The notes under the pieces were generated by a model. It ran no database searches, had not been told where the DNA came from, and saw only the letters and a list, made by a program, of their open reading frames with translations. From Methanocaldococcus sp. 16A (GTDB lineage Archaea; AGJL01; Methanococci; Methanococcales; Methanocaldococcaceae): a stretch of 64,000 bases of DNA. A program made the position numbers and the translations under genes. This document shows, piece after piece, positions 20,403 through 30,202 of the stretch. Position 1 is the first letter of the stretch. Each line of letters opens with the position of its first letter. Where the stretch lies: NCBI GenBank assembly GCA_049860595.1, contig CP187551.1; one strand, given 5' to 3'.

Positions 20403-21056
20403 GTGGATTTGAAATTTAAAAGGATTTTATCATTAATTGTTAAATATGGAATTTTTGTTATTGCTATTCCTACATTGGCTATTGTTATTTTAAGATGTCC
20501 TTATGCTATTCCATTTTTAGCATGTGATTTATGCCCAGTAGTTGATTGTCCTTCCAAGTATTATAGAAAAGAGTTTGTTATATTTGCCCTTGGGTATATT
20601 GCTTTGTTTAGGAAAGATTTTTGTGCTTGGATTTGCCCTTATGGAACTTTAAATGACATTATTTACAAAATAAGAAGAAAAATATCCAAAAAATCATTAA
20701 AAATTCCGTTAGAGCTAAAATTGACATTTACTTTTTTAAAGTACGTTGTGTTTGTTTTTGCCATAATCGCACTACTGAATGGAAACCCAAGATACTACAT
20801 CCCAATCCACACAAGTGATTTACTTACCTCAATAAAATTAGCATATTTAACTGCTGGGAATGCATATTATGCAAGATTGGCATTAATATTAATTGGATTG
20901 ATTTTGGGCATAGCTATACCAAGATTTTGGTGTAGATTTTTGTGTCCTTATGGAACAACATTCCAATTGATAAAAAAAGCTTTCAGAAAAATAAAAACAC
21001 AAATACAAAAAGAACATAAATGTGAAAAATGTTCAAAGTGTGGAAATTATGATTAA
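20403..21056 (+). CDS. Membrane-bound 4Fe-4S binding protein (NapH/MauN-like)
   Basis: Two CxxxCPxGT motifs (FCAWICPYG, FWCRFLCPYG), CP...CDLCP..DCP, TM helices, C-terminal CEKCSKC. Confidence 0.75.
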   Translation: MDLKFKRILSLIVKYGIFVIAIPTLAIVILRCPYAIPFLACDLCPVVDCPSKYYRKEFVIFALGYIALFRKDFCAWICPYGTLNDIIYKIRRKISKKSLKIPLELKLTFTFLKYVVFVFAIIALLNGNPRYYIPIHTSDLLTSIKLAYLTAGNAYYARLALILIGLILGIAIPRFWCRFLCPYGTTFQLIKKAFRKIKTQIQKEHKCEKCSKCGNYD

Positions 21057-21900
21057 TGATATTTATCTTTCATTGGAACGCTCTTTAAATTTCTTTTTAA
21101 AAGCTTTTCCATATCTTATGTTTGGATTTATTTTATCTGCTTATTTAAAAATAAAGTTAAAAGGAGAGTTAAGGAAAAAGTTTGTTCATTTATTGGATGA
21201 TTCAAAAAAATCCATAATTTTAGCATCAATTATTGGAGCTTTTCTACCCTTATGTTCTGCAAGCAGTATTCCAATAGTTAATGCATTGAATTCACGAGGG
21301 GCTAATTTAGGAGTTAGTTTTGCGTTTGTAGTATCAGCATCATCAATAAATCCAATTAGTATATTGCTATCTCTCTCATTGTTAGGATATAAAATAGCAA
21401 TTATACAAATTTTAGCATCTTTAATCTTGGCTGTATTTGTAGGATTTGTTTTTCACAATAAAAGGACGATATTTTTTGTTGTTGAAAATAAAAAATCTAA
21501 TGACAATTTTTTTGATGTATTTATTGAGCAATTTAAAAAATTGTTTCCTTCTATTGTCTTAGGATTTTTGATTTCTGGATTTGTAATGACTTACATTCCA
21601 AAGGAGACAATTTTATTAGTTCTTTCTAACAATATAATCACATATTTTTATGTTTCAATAATAAGGATATTTATCTTCCTCTGCCCACATGCAATGATTC
21701 CTTTAATAAAAACGGTTGCAATAGAAGGAATTCCAAAGGGATTGATTATTTCATTTTTGATTTCTTCACAATCCATTGGTTTGCCTCTATTATTGGGAAT
21801 GAGAAAAATATATGGGATAAAATTAACATTGAGATATTTATTTAGTGTTATTGTTGGAAGTGGAATAATTGGAATAGCTATAGACAAAATTGGAATATAA
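21049..21900 (+). CDS. ArsP/DUF318-family permease
   Basis: Duplicated halves with LPLCSASSIP and FLCPHAMIP, G..AF..SA..INP; ~8 TM. Confidence 0.75.
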   Translation: MINDIYLSLERSLNFFLKAFPYLMFGFILSAYLKIKLKGELRKKFVHLLDDSKKSIILASIIGAFLPLCSASSIPIVNALNSRGANLGVSFAFVVSASSINPISILLSLSLLGYKIAIIQILASLILAVFVGFVFHNKRTIFFVVENKKSNDNFFDVFIEQFKKLFPSIVLGFLISGFVMTYIPKETILLVLSNNIITYFYVSIIRIFIFLCPHAMIPLIKTVAIEGIPKGLIISFLISSQSIGLPLLLGMRKIYGIKLTLRYLFSVIVGSGIIGIAIDKIGI

Positions 21901-22050
21901 CTAATCCCAAATTTATATGGTTAATTATAAATATAAGTTTGTGGCAAAGATAATAATCACATTTTTATTGTTTTTTATAATCTTAATAATATTGATGATT
22001 ACTCTATTTCTTTTTTTATTAAATTTAACTGATTCAGAGGTGAACACACT

Positions 22051-22614
22051 ATGTATAAAATTTTAGAGATTGCTGATGTTGTTAGAGTACCACCAGAAGA
22101 ATTTGGAAAAGATTTGAAAGAAACTGTAAAAAAAATTCTCATGGAAAAATATGAAGGAAGGTTAGATAAAGATGTTGGATTTATTTTATCCATTGTAGAT
22201 GTAAAAGAAGTTGGAGAAGGTAAGGTAGTACATGGTGATGGTTCAGCATATCATCCAGTTGTATTTGAAACTCTCGTCTATATTCCAGAGATGTATGAAC
22301 TTATTGAGGGAGAGGTTGTTGATGTTGTAGAATTTGGAAGCTTTGTAAGGTTAGGGCCTTTGGATGGATTAATCCACGTTTCACAAATTATGGATGACTA
22401 TGTCTCTTACGACCCTAAGAGAGAAGCAATTATTGGAAAAGAAACTGGAAAGGTTTTAGAAATTGGAGATTATGTTAGGGCAAGAATTGTTGCTATTAGT
22501 TTAAAAGCAGAGAGAAAAAGAGGTAGTAAGATAGCATTAACTATGAGACAGCCATATTTAGGGAAATTAGAGTGGATTGAAGAAGAAAAAGCTAAAAAAG
22601 AACAGCAAGAATAA
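22051..22614 (+). CDS. rpoE1: RNA polymerase subunit E' (Rpo7)
   Basis: [10 protein letters not shown]1 domain [19 protein letters not shown]. Confidence 0.95.
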   Translation: MYKILEIADVVRVPPEEFGKDLKETVKKILMEKYEGRLDKDVGFILSIVDVKEVGEGKVVHGDGSAYHPVVFETLVYIPEMYELIEGEVVDVVEFGSFVRLGPLDGLIHVSQIMDDYVSYDPKREAIIGKETGKVLEIGDYVRARIVAISLKAERKRGSKIALTMRQPYLGKLEWIEEEKAKKEQQE

Positions 22615-22623
22615 GGTGAGCTT

Positions 22624-22803
22624 ATGAAAGCATGTTTAAAATGCAAATACTTAACAAATGATGATATATGTCCAATATGCCAATCTCCAACAAGTGAAAA
22701 TTGGATAGGGCTTTTAATAGTTATAAATCCCGAAAAATCAGAGATAGCAAAAAAGGCTGGAATTGATATTAAAGGGAAGTATGCATTAAGTGTAAAGGAG
22801 TAG
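22624..22803 (+). CDS. spt4: Transcription elongation factor Spt4 (RpoE''), absent from ORF track
   Basis: Manual translation [59 protein letters not shown]; GGTGA RBS; conserved position after rpoE1. Confidence 0.93.
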   Translation: MKACLKCKYLTNDDICPICQSPTSENWIGLLIVINPEKSEIAKKAGIDIKGKYALSVKE

Positions 22804-22810
22804 ATTGGCT

Positions 22811-23287
22811 ATGTTAAAGCTTCCAGAAAAGTTGAGGGAAAAATTAAAAAAGCCCTTTGGAAAAGTATATAAAACACTACCAGATATAAATGGAGATATT
22901 GTAACTGTTGGAGATATTGTAACAAAAACTGTAATTGAAAACAACATAATCCCAAAACTTTCCATTTTTGATTTAAAAACTCAGAGAGATATCCCTGTTG
23001 AAATAAACCATACATTCAAAAAAATTATTAAAGTAAAAAATCCTCCTGGATATATATCTGATGAAGCAATAGAAAGTATTAAATATCTATCTACAATAAA
23101 TGATAAAGACATTGCCCTATTAGTTGATGGTGAGGAAGACCTCCTTACTTTAATTGTTATCAAATACTTTCCCATTGGAACTTATGTTCTATACGGTCAG
23201 CCAAATGAAGGAATCGTTGTTTTAAAAATAGATAAAATACTAAAACAAGAAATTGAAGAAATATTAAAACAATTCAAAAAAATTTAA
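22811..23287 (+). CDS. GTP-dependent dephospho-CoA kinase (DUF359)
   Basis: [27 protein letters not shown]. Confidence 0.88.
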   Translation: MLKLPEKLREKLKKPFGKVYKTLPDINGDIVTVGDIVTKTVIENNIIPKLSIFDLKTQRDIPVEINHTFKKIIKVKNPPGYISDEAIESIKYLSTINDKDIALLVDGEEDLLTLIVIKYFPIGTYVLYGQPNEGIVVLKIDKILKQEIEEILKQFKKI

Positions 23288-23298
23288 GAGGGGATAAT

Positions 23299-23604
23299 AT
23301 GGAAATAAAAATATTATCAGAAAGATACAATCCATTATTGAAAAGAAAAGAATACAGATTCATTGTAGACCACGAAGGACCTACACCAACCTTTAAAGAT
23401 GTTAAGTTAAAGCTCGCAGCAATATTAAATGCAAATAAAGATTTATTGATTGTTGAAAAAATTGTTGAAGAAGCTGGAATGCAGAGAGCAAGAGGTTATG
23501 CTAAACTTTATGACAATGAGGAAATGATGAAATTAATTGAAAGAGAACACATTTTAAGAAAAAATAAAATAGAAGAAGAAACAGCTGCTGAGGAGGGAGA
23601 ATAA
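23299..23604 (+). CDS. rps24e: 30S ribosomal protein S24e
   Basis: NPLLKRKE, TPT, GYAKLY. Confidence 0.93.
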   Translation: MEIKILSERYNPLLKRKEYRFIVDHEGPTPTFKDVKLKLAAILNANKDLLIVEKIVEEAGMQRARGYAKLYDNEEMMKLIEREHILRKNKIEEETAAEEGE

Positions 23605-23786
23605 TGACAAAAGGTAAAAAAACAGCAAAATACAAATACTACAAAATTGAAGGAGATAAAGTTGTAAGATTGAAGAAGGTTTGCCCAAAATGTGGGCCTG
23701 GAGTTTTCATGGCTGAGCACTTAAACAGATACGCATGTGGAAAATGTGGTTATATAGAATGGAAACAGCCACAAAAGAATGAATAA
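23604..23786 (+). CDS. rps27ae: 30S ribosomal protein S27ae
   Basis: CPKCGPGVFMAEHLNRYACGKCG. Confidence 0.95.
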   Translation: MTKGKKTAKYKYYKIEGDKVVRLKKVCPKCGPGVFMAEHLNRYACGKCGYIEWKQPQKNE

Positions 23787-23794
23787 AATTTAAT

Positions 23795-24814
23795 TTAATG
23801 TTCTAATTCTTCTTTTAATTCCAATACACTCATAGCTCTCAATATGTCTGTTTTTGATATTATTCCTTTTAATTTACCATCTTCTACAACAAACACTCTA
23901 TCAGTATAAGCCATTTTTCTTAGAATATCGTTTATATCGGTATCTTCATCAACTACAACAGGTTTTTGCATATAATCTCTAACAGTTCCTTCTTTTTTGT
24001 GTATGTTATTTATCCCTATACAGCCTACTAATTTTCCATTTTCAACTACTGGGTATCCAAAATATTTGTGTTTGAGCATAAAATTTAAAAATTCTTCAAT
24101 GCTCATATCTGGAGTTACATATACAGGATTTAATGTCATAATGTCCTTTGCCTTAATATTCTTAAATATCGTCTCAACTTCTACTATTTTACTTTCTTGT
24201 TCAGCTCCAAAATAGACAAATAAGCTAACTAAAATTAATATAATATTCATTGATAAAAGACCAAATATTAGCATGATTAAAGCTAAGCTCTTTCCAATAT
24301 TTGCTGCTATCTTTGTTGATTTTAAATAACCATATCTTTTTGATAAGATTGCTCTTAAAATCCTACCTCCATCCATTGGAAATGCTGGAATCAAATTAAA
24401 GCTCCCAAGCATTAAGTTTAATAAGCTTAAGGTGTATAATAAAGGATATCCATTTATGTTTACATCAAAAAATTGAGATATAATTAATAAAGTTATCCCA
24501 ATGATAAAGCTAACTAAAGGTCCAGCTATCCCTATCTTCAACTCACCCTCTTTTGGAATTTTATCCATCATTGCAACTCCACCAATTGGCAATAGCAAGA
24601 TTTTCTCTATTTTTACTCCATACTTTTTAGCAACATAACTATGCCCAAGCTCATGTAAAACAACAGACACAAATAATAAAATAAATAGAACAGCCCAAAA
24701 TATGCTGTTATTCATTATAGATAAAGCAATAACTATTACCAAAAATAAAATAAAGGTTATATGCAACTCTATTGGAATTCCCATAATTTTGAACAATCTT
24801 ATTGAGTAATTCAT
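23795..24814 (-). CDS. Site-2 intramembrane metalloprotease with CBS pair
   Basis: HELGH, NLIPAFPMDGG, C-terminal CBS domains. Confidence 0.92.
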   Translation of the reverse strand: MNYSIRLFKIMGIPIELHITFILFLVIVIALSIMNNSIFWAVLFILLFVSVVLHELGHSYVAKKYGVKIEKILLLPIGGVAMMDKIPKEGELKIGIAGPLVSFIIGITLLIISQFFDVNINGYPLLYTLSLLNLMLGSFNLIPAFPMDGGRILRAILSKRYGYLKSTKIAANIGKSLALIMLIFGLLSMNIILILVSLFVYFGAEQESKIVEVETIFKNIKAKDIMTLNPVYVTPDMSIEEFLNFMLKHKYFGYPVVENGKLVGCIGINNIHKKEGTVRDYMQKPVVVDEDTDINDILRKMAYTDRVFVVEDGKLKGIISKTDILRAMSVLELKEELEH

Positions 24815-24905
24815 ACCCCTCCCCCTATTTTTATTTTAATTACATTTTTAATTCTATTACTATATATTACTATTTCATAGCATATTTATGATTCGGTGAA
24901 AATCT

Positions 24906-25448
24906 ATGATTCCAGATGAAGAATTTATAAGAAAAGATAAAGTTCCAATAACAAAAGAAGAAATTAGGGCTGTAAGTATTGGGAAATTAAATTTAAATAA
25001 AGATGATGTTGTTGTTGATATTGGTTGTGGAAGTGGAGGAATGACAGTTGAGATAGCTAAAAGATGTAAGTTTGTATATGCAATAGATTACTTAGACGAT
25101 GCTATTGAGCTAACTAAACAAAATTTAGCCAAATTTAATATTAAAAACTGCCAAGTTATAAAAGGAAGAGCCGAAGATATTCTATATAACTTAGAGTTTA
25201 ACAAAGCTTTTATAGGTGGAACTAAAAATATTGAAAAGATAATTGAAATTTTGGATAAAAAAGGTATAAATCATATTGTTGCCAATACAATTATTTTAGA
25301 GAATGCGGTTAAAATAATGAATGAATTAGAAAATAAGGGCTATAATGTTGAAGCTGTTAATGTTTTTATTTCTTACAGCAAAAAAATCTCTTCTGGACAC
25401 ATGTTTTTGGCAAAGAATCCAATAACCATAATAAAAGCTGTCAGGTAG
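24906..25448 (+). CDS. cbiT: Cobalt-precorrin-6B C15-methyltransferase
   Basis: PITKEEIRA, DIGCGSG, NPITII. Confidence 0.9.
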   Translation: MIPDEEFIRKDKVPITKEEIRAVSIGKLNLNKDDVVVDIGCGSGGMTVEIAKRCKFVYAIDYLDDAIELTKQNLAKFNIKNCQVIKGRAEDILYNLEFNKAFIGGTKNIEKIIEILDKKGINHIVANTIILENAVKIMNELENKGYNVEAVNVFISYSKKISSGHMFLAKNPITIIKAVR

Positions 25449-25455
25449 ATTTAGT

Positions 25456-25842
25456 ATGGAGGAGAAAATAACTCTCTCAATACAAAATCCAGAAAGCGTT
25501 TTAATTTCCTATGTTGATATTTATTTAGGGGATAAAAATGTTTCATTGGAAGTTTTATCTAAAGACACTGCTAAGATAAATCTACCATTTGATAAAGATG
25601 AAGGAGAAGGAGAGATTATTGTTAAAATTAGATATAAAACTCTCCCTCATCCAAAAAATAAGGATAAAAAAGATATTAAAAAACAAAATTATAATATGAT
25701 GCAAAATCTTAATAAAATTACTAAAAAAACTAATGATAGAAAAAATGATAACATTATAATAGCAGATTCTAAACCAGTTTCATTAGAAGAACTTAAAAAA
25801 GAAGAGAAAAAGAGAAAATTAAGTGATATAATAATTGTCTAA
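25456..25842 (+). CDS. Hypothetical protein
   Basis: 128-aa ORF directly after cbiT; no recognisable motif. Confidence 0.6.
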   Translation: MEEKITLSIQNPESVLISYVDIYLGDKNVSLEVLSKDTAKINLPFDKDEGEGEIIVKIRYKTLPHPKNKDKKDIKKQNYNMMQNLNKITKKTNDRKNDNIIIADSKPVSLEELKKEEKKRKLSDIIIV

Positions 25843-25843
25843 C

Positions 25844-26764
25844 TTATAGCTTTTTTCTAATTGGCTCTAAAATCTTTATAAGCTCTTCAGCTACAGCATT
25901 TTTTAAATCCATTGGATGGAGTTCTTTATTTTTAAATAACTCTTCCAATTCTTTATAGCTATTAACAGTTAAATCCCCACCAAATTTTTCTGGTCTGTTT
26001 ATAGTTAAAGGATATTCAAGGAAATATTTGGCTATCTCCATTATAGGATTTCCTTCAACAACTCCAGCAGGGCAATAAGCTTTCTTTATCTTAGCCCTAA
26101 TCTCTTCTGGAGAGTCATCAACCGCTATAAAGTTTCCTTTTGAAGAACTCATCTTTCCTTCTCCATCTAAACCTGTCAATACAGGATTGTGAATGCAAAC
26201 GACCTTTTTTGGCAAAAGTTCTCTTGCTAACATGTGTATCTTTCTCTGCTCCATTCCCCCAACTGCAACATCAACATCTAAGTAATAAATATCATTTACC
26301 TGCATTATTGGATAGATAACCTCAGCAACCTTTGGATTTTCATCCTCTCTTGCTATAAGTTCCATACTTCTTCTTGCTCTCTTTAAGGTAGTTTTTAAAG
26401 CTAATCTATAAACATTTAAAGTATAATCCTTATCAAGCTGGAACTCACTACCATAAACATATTTTGCCTTTAATCCCATTGCCTCAAAAACTCTTCTGTT
26501 GTATTCACCAATCTCTCTAATCTCATCCAACTCTCCTTTCTGGTTTAAATATGCATGCAAATCAGCTAACAATATGATTATATCAAATCCTGCATTTTGT
26601 AAATCAATCATCTTTTTTATTTGCAAATAATGCCCTAAATGTATTTTACCACTTGGTTCAAAACCTATGTAAGCTTTTTTATCTTTTTTCTTTAAAACCT
26701 CTTTTAACTCCTCCTCACTAACTATTTCAACAGTGTTTCTCTTTATCATCTCAAATTCGTTCAT
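25844..26764 (-). CDS. tyrS: Tyrosine--tRNA ligase
   Basis: [28 protein letters not shown]. Confidence 0.97.
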   Translation of the reverse strand: MNEFEMIKRNTVEIVSEEELKEVLKKKDKKAYIGFEPSGKIHLGHYLQIKKMIDLQNAGFDIIILLADLHAYLNQKGELDEIREIGEYNRRVFEAMGLKAKYVYGSEFQLDKDYTLNVYRLALKTTLKRARRSMELIAREDENPKVAEVIYPIMQVNDIYYLDVDVAVGGMEQRKIHMLARELLPKKVVCIHNPVLTGLDGEGKMSSSKGNFIAVDDSPEEIRAKIKKAYCPAGVVEGNPIMEIAKYFLEYPLTINRPEKFGGDLTVNSYKELEELFKNKELHPMDLKNAVAEELIKILEPIRKKL

Positions 26765-26808
26765 TAGGTATCACCACAAAATTTTTGTTCATGCAAAACC
26801 TTATTATA

Positions 26809-26904
26809 TATAGGACTTTCGCAGGAATAAATGTTAAAAGGTATATTTGATGCCTTTGGCATCATTTTTTCATTAGCAAATATATAAAGTGCGAAAGTCC
26901 TATA
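26809..26904 (+). repeat. Palindromic MITE-like repeat, family A
   Basis: Perfect TIR TATAGGACTTTCGCA/TGCGAAAGTCCTATA; internal hairpin TGATGCC-TTT-GGCATCA. Confidence 0.9.
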
Positions 26905-26957
26905 TATAGGCAGGCATAATTTATAAATTTACGTTCAATCTTATTTTTGGTGATATC

Positions 26958-27581
26958 ATGAGGAAGATTATTTCATCAAAAGTTAGTTGTGATGAAGAAC
27001 TTTTGGAGCTTTGCGAGAGATTGTCAAGGTTAAATATTGACTGCACAATAGAATCAAAAGGAAACCATGTAAAAATATATGTATTTGGATATGATAAGGA
27101 TTCCTTAAATGAAAATTATAGAGCTGTAATGAACTTAATGGATAAAGTTAGGAAAAAGTATAGAAAAGATAAAGAAGGATTATACGAATATTCATTATCA
27201 GAACTTAAGTATCCAGTTAATAAAAACTTGGTTATAGATGCATTAAAACATTTAGGATATAAGATTATATACTTAGAGGATGAAAATGCTATAAAAACAG
27301 ATATAGATATTAATAAATTTAATGAAATATTGGGAGAGCTTCATGAGTTATATCAAGAGTTAAGATTTTCAAATCTTGGTTCAAAACCTGTTAAAAATTT
27401 GGTAGTATTAGTTTCATACATTACTAAAAAACCAATTGACGATGTTATTGAAGAAGCTTTAGAAAAAGGATTCTTTAGAGAAGAGGAAGGAAAAATTGTG
27501 TTAAACAAAGATATAAACTTAGCTAAAAAAGTTCTATTGGAGGGAGAAGATGGAGATAAAGATATTAGAGAGGAAGGATAA
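26958..27581 (+). CDS. DUF2067-like conserved archaeal protein
   Basis: 207-aa ORF with GGTGA RBS immediately upstream of rpoL; family assigned from recalled synteny. Confidence 0.6.
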   Translation: MRKIISSKVSCDEELLELCERLSRLNIDCTIESKGNHVKIYVFGYDKDSLNENYRAVMNLMDKVRKKYRKDKEGLYEYSLSELKYPVNKNLVIDALKHLGYKIIYLEDENAIKTDIDINKFNEILGELHELYQELRFSNLGSKPVKNLVVLVSYITKKPIDDVIEEALEKGFFREEEGKIVLNKDINLAKKVLLEGEDGDKDIREEG

Positions 27582-27849
27582 TTTGATTGAAATTGAGCTA
27601 ATTAACGAAGACCACTCACTACCAAATTTATTGAAAGATATTTTATTAACAAAAGAAGGAGTAAAGATGGCTTCTTACTCTATAGACCATCCTTTATTAC
27701 ACCCAGAAACTGGAAGATATATATCAAACCCAAAAATAACTATAATTACTGAAGAAGGTACAGACCCTATAGAGGTTTTAAAAGAAGGATTGAAAGATAT
27801 TATTGAAATGTGTAATACTTTATTGGATGAATTAAAGAAAAACAAATAA
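27550..27849 (+). CDS. rpoL: RNA polymerase subunit L (Rpo11)
   Basis: NEDHSLPNLL, ASYSIDHPL. Confidence 0.93.
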   Translation: MEIKILERKDNLIEIELINEDHSLPNLLKDILLTKEGVKMASYSIDHPLLHPETGRYISNPKITIITEEGTDPIEVLKEGLKDIIEMCNTLLDELKKNK

Positions 27850-27872
27850 AAACCAAAGTTTAACTCTTTTAT

Positions 27873-28071
27873 TATATGACTTTTGCAGGAATAAATATAA
27901 TAATGAACTTTGATGTCCTTTGAACATCTATAACTGTTTAAAATGCAACAATAATATTTACAACATATTGAATATATGAAACCAATGGCTTCAAGAGTTT
28001 CACAATACCTACTTAAAGTGCATTCAGACAGTTAATTCCTTAAATAAATGTTAAACTGCGAAAGTCCTATA
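27873..28071 (+). repeat. Family A repeat interrupted by a 100-bp nested element
   Basis: Left end tatatgacttttgcagg, right end tgcgaaagtcctata; removing the insert plus TA leaves ~97 bp like the other copies. Confidence 0.85.
27933..28032. mobile_element. Nested MITE-like element, family C (TIR ACTGT.T.AATGCA) flanked by TA
   Basis: TA|actgtttaaaatgca...tgcattcagacagt|TA; internal TGAAAC...GTTTCA inverted repeat. Confidence 0.7.
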
Positions 28072-28078
28072 ATCATTA

Positions 28079-28095
28079 ACCGAAAATTTTATATA
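28079..28095 (+). promoter_or_regulatory. Strong BRE/TATA promoter upstream of rpl1 operon
   Basis: ACCGAAAATTTTATATA consensus. Confidence 0.6.
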
Positions 28096-28178
28096 TGGTG
28101 TTAGCTATCTTAGCAATATAAAAATTTTTAATATAATTTTGCATTTATTATTTAAAAAACAGAATACCTTCTCTTTTC

Positions 28179-28261
28179 AATAGGACTTTCGCAATTATAT
28201 ACTCAATATAAGAAAATTAAAATGAAGCCTTTAAAACATTTGTTCCTGCGAAAGTCCTATT
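28179..28261 (-). repeat. Family A repeat, internally deleted
   Basis: Perfect TIR AATAGGACTTTCGCA/TGCGAAAGTCCTATT; internal hairpin missing. Confidence 0.85.
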
Positions 28262-28349
28262 CAATTATTTAAGTGTAAAATATTTATATTAGATGCTATA
28301 TAATATGGATGCTTTTTATACATAATATAAAAAAGAAAGGAGGATGAGT

Positions 28350-29009
28350 ATGGACAGAGAAGCACTGTTGCAAGCGGTGAAGGAGGCTCGCGAACTCGCG
28401 AAGCCGAGAAACTTCACACAGTCATTTGAATTCATAGCAACCCTCAAAGAGATTGACATGAGGAAGCCAGAGAACAGAATAAAGACTGAAGTAGTGCTTC
28501 CTCATGGTAGAGGGAAAGAAGCTAAAATAGCTGTTATTGGAACTGGTGACTTAGCTAAACAAGCAGAAGATATGGGTTTAACCGTTATTAGAAAAGAAGA
28601 AATTGAAGAGTTAGGTAAAAACAAAAGAAAATTAAGAAAAATAGCTAATGCTCATGACTTCTTTATAGCTCAAGCTGATTTAATGCCATTGATTGGTAGA
28701 TACATGGGGGTTATATTAGGTCCAAGAGGAAAGATGCCTAAACCAGTTCCAGCTAACGCAAACATTGCTCCATTAGTTGAAAGATTAAAGAAAACAGTTG
28801 TCATAAACACAAGAGATAAGCCATACTTCCAAGTATTAGTTGGAAACGAAAAAATGACAGATGAGCAAATAGTTGATAACATAGAGGCTGTTTTAAACGT
28901 TGTAGCTAAGAAGTATGAAAAAGGTCTCTACCACTTAAAAGATGCTTATGTTAAGTTAACCATGGGTCCAGCTGTAAAAGTTAAAAAAGAGAAAGCTAAG
29001 AAAAGATAA
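28350..29009 (+). CDS. rpl1: 50S ribosomal protein L1
   Basis: MDREALL...[26 protein letters not shown]; GGAGG RBS. Confidence 0.97.
   Translation: MDREALLQAVKEARELAKPRNFTQSFEFIATLKEIDMRKPENRIKTEVVLPHGRGKEAKIAVIGTGDLAKQAEDMGLTVIRKEEIEELGKNKRKLRKIANAHDFFIAQADLMPLIGRYMGVILGPRGKMPKPVPANANIAPLVERLKKTVVINTRDKPYFQVLVGNEKMTDEQIVDNIEAVLNVVAKKYEKGLYHLKDAYVKLTMGPAVKVKKEKAKKR
28377..28417 (+). promoter_or_regulatory. L1 autoregulatory mRNA binding site inside rpl1
   Basis: GC-rich stem GTGAAG/CTTCAC with internal loop and GGC/GCC inner helix ~30 nt after start; L1-binding site known at this position in methanococcal L1 mRNA. Confidence 0.75.
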
Positions 29010-29042
29010 AAACTCTAAATAATAAAAGTGAAGGGGATAAAA

Positions 29043-30059
29043 ATGGAAACAAAAGTGAAAGCTCATGTAGCCCCATGGAAGATTGAGGAAGTTAAAACAC
29101 TAAAGGGGCTTATTAAAAGTAAGCCTGTAGTAGCTATTGTAGATATGATGGATGTCCCTGCCCCTCAATTGCAAGAAATTAGAGACAAAATTAGAGATAA
29201 AGTCAAATTGAGAATGTCAAGAAACACTTTAATCATAAAAGCTTTAAAAGAAGCTGCTGAAGAATTAAACGACCCAAAATTAGCTGAGTTAGCAAATTAT
29301 GTTGAGAGAGGGGCAGCTATATTAGTTACAGACATGAACCCATTCAAGTTATACAAGATGTTGGAAGAGAACAAAAGTCCTGCTCCAGTAAGAGGAGGAC
29401 AAATAGCTCCTTGTGACATTAAAGTTGAGAAAGGTTCAACTGGAATGCCTCCAGGACCTTTCTTAGGAGAGCTTAAGAGTGTAGGTATCCCAGCTGCAAT
29501 AGAAAAAGGTAAGATAGCTATTAAAGAGGATAAAGTTGTTGTTAAAAAAGGAGAAGTAGTTTCACCAAAATTAGCAGCTGTCTTAGATAGACTCGGAATC
29601 AAGCCAATAAAAGTCGGTTTAAACATTTTGGCAGTTTATGAAGATGGAATCATCTATACTCCAGATGTCTTAAAAGTTGATGAAGAGAAATTATTAGCTG
29701 ATATACAAGCTGCTTACCAAAATGCATTTAACTTGGCATTCAACACAGCATACCCAGCAAAAGAAGTATTGCCATTCTTAATACAGAAGGCATTCGTAGA
29801 GGCAAGAGCTTTATCAGTAGAGACAGCATTCGTAACAAAAGAAACTGCTGGAGATATATTAGCAAAAGCTCAAGCTCAGGCATTAACCTTAGCTTCAAAA
29901 TTGCCTGATGAAGCATTAGATGAAGACATTAAAGCTAAGTTATCCTCAGTAGAAGTTTCAACAGCTCCAGTAGCTGAAGAGAAGAAAGAAGAAGAGAAAA
30001 AAGAGGAAGAGAAGAAAGAAGAAGACACTGGAGCTGCTGGATTAGCCCTATTGTTCTAA
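29043..30059 (+). CDS. rpl10: 50S ribosomal protein L10 (P0)
   Basis: WKIEEV, SRNTL, TGMPPGP, acidic tail ending GLALLF. Confidence 0.96.
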   Translation: METKVKAHVAPWKIEEVKTLKGLIKSKPVVAIVDMMDVPAPQLQEIRDKIRDKVKLRMSRNTLIIKALKEAAEELNDPKLAELANYVERGAAILVTDMNPFKLYKMLEENKSPAPVRGGQIAPCDIKVEKGSTGMPPGPFLGELKSVGIPAAIEKGKIAIKEDKVVVKKGEVVSPKLAAVLDRLGIKPIKVGLNILAVYEDGIIYTPDVLKVDEEKLLADIQAAYQNAFNLAFNTAYPAKEVLPFLIQKAFVEARALSVETAFVTKETAGDILAKAQAQALTLASKLPDEALDEDIKAKLSSVEVSTAPVAEEKKEEEKKEEEKKEEDTGAAGLALLF

Positions 30060-30076
30060 CCGAAAAATATAAATAA
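30059..30076 (+). promoter_or_regulatory. Possible internal promoter for rpl12
   Basis: ACCGAAAAATATAAATA BRE/TATA-like immediately after rpl10 stop. Confidence 0.5.
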
Positions 30077-30202
30077 CTAATTATAAATAGTGAATTGCAA
30101 ATCTATTTCAATTGTTGTCGTTTGGATATTGGCAATGATTAAACATTAATAAATAAACAAACACAATATAACAACTAAAATAGAAACTTGGAGGTGTAGA
30201 TT

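Noticed and set aside
27936-27982. GTTTAAAAT...GAAAC stretch superficially like a methanococcal CRISPR repeat
   Set aside because: Single copy, wrong length, no spacers or cas genes; explained by the nested MITE-like element. No CRISPR array was seen in the window
30093-30136. Imperfect inverted repeat in the rpl10-rpl12 spacer
   Set aside because: Several mismatches in AT-rich DNA; a leader structure cannot be supported without an alignment
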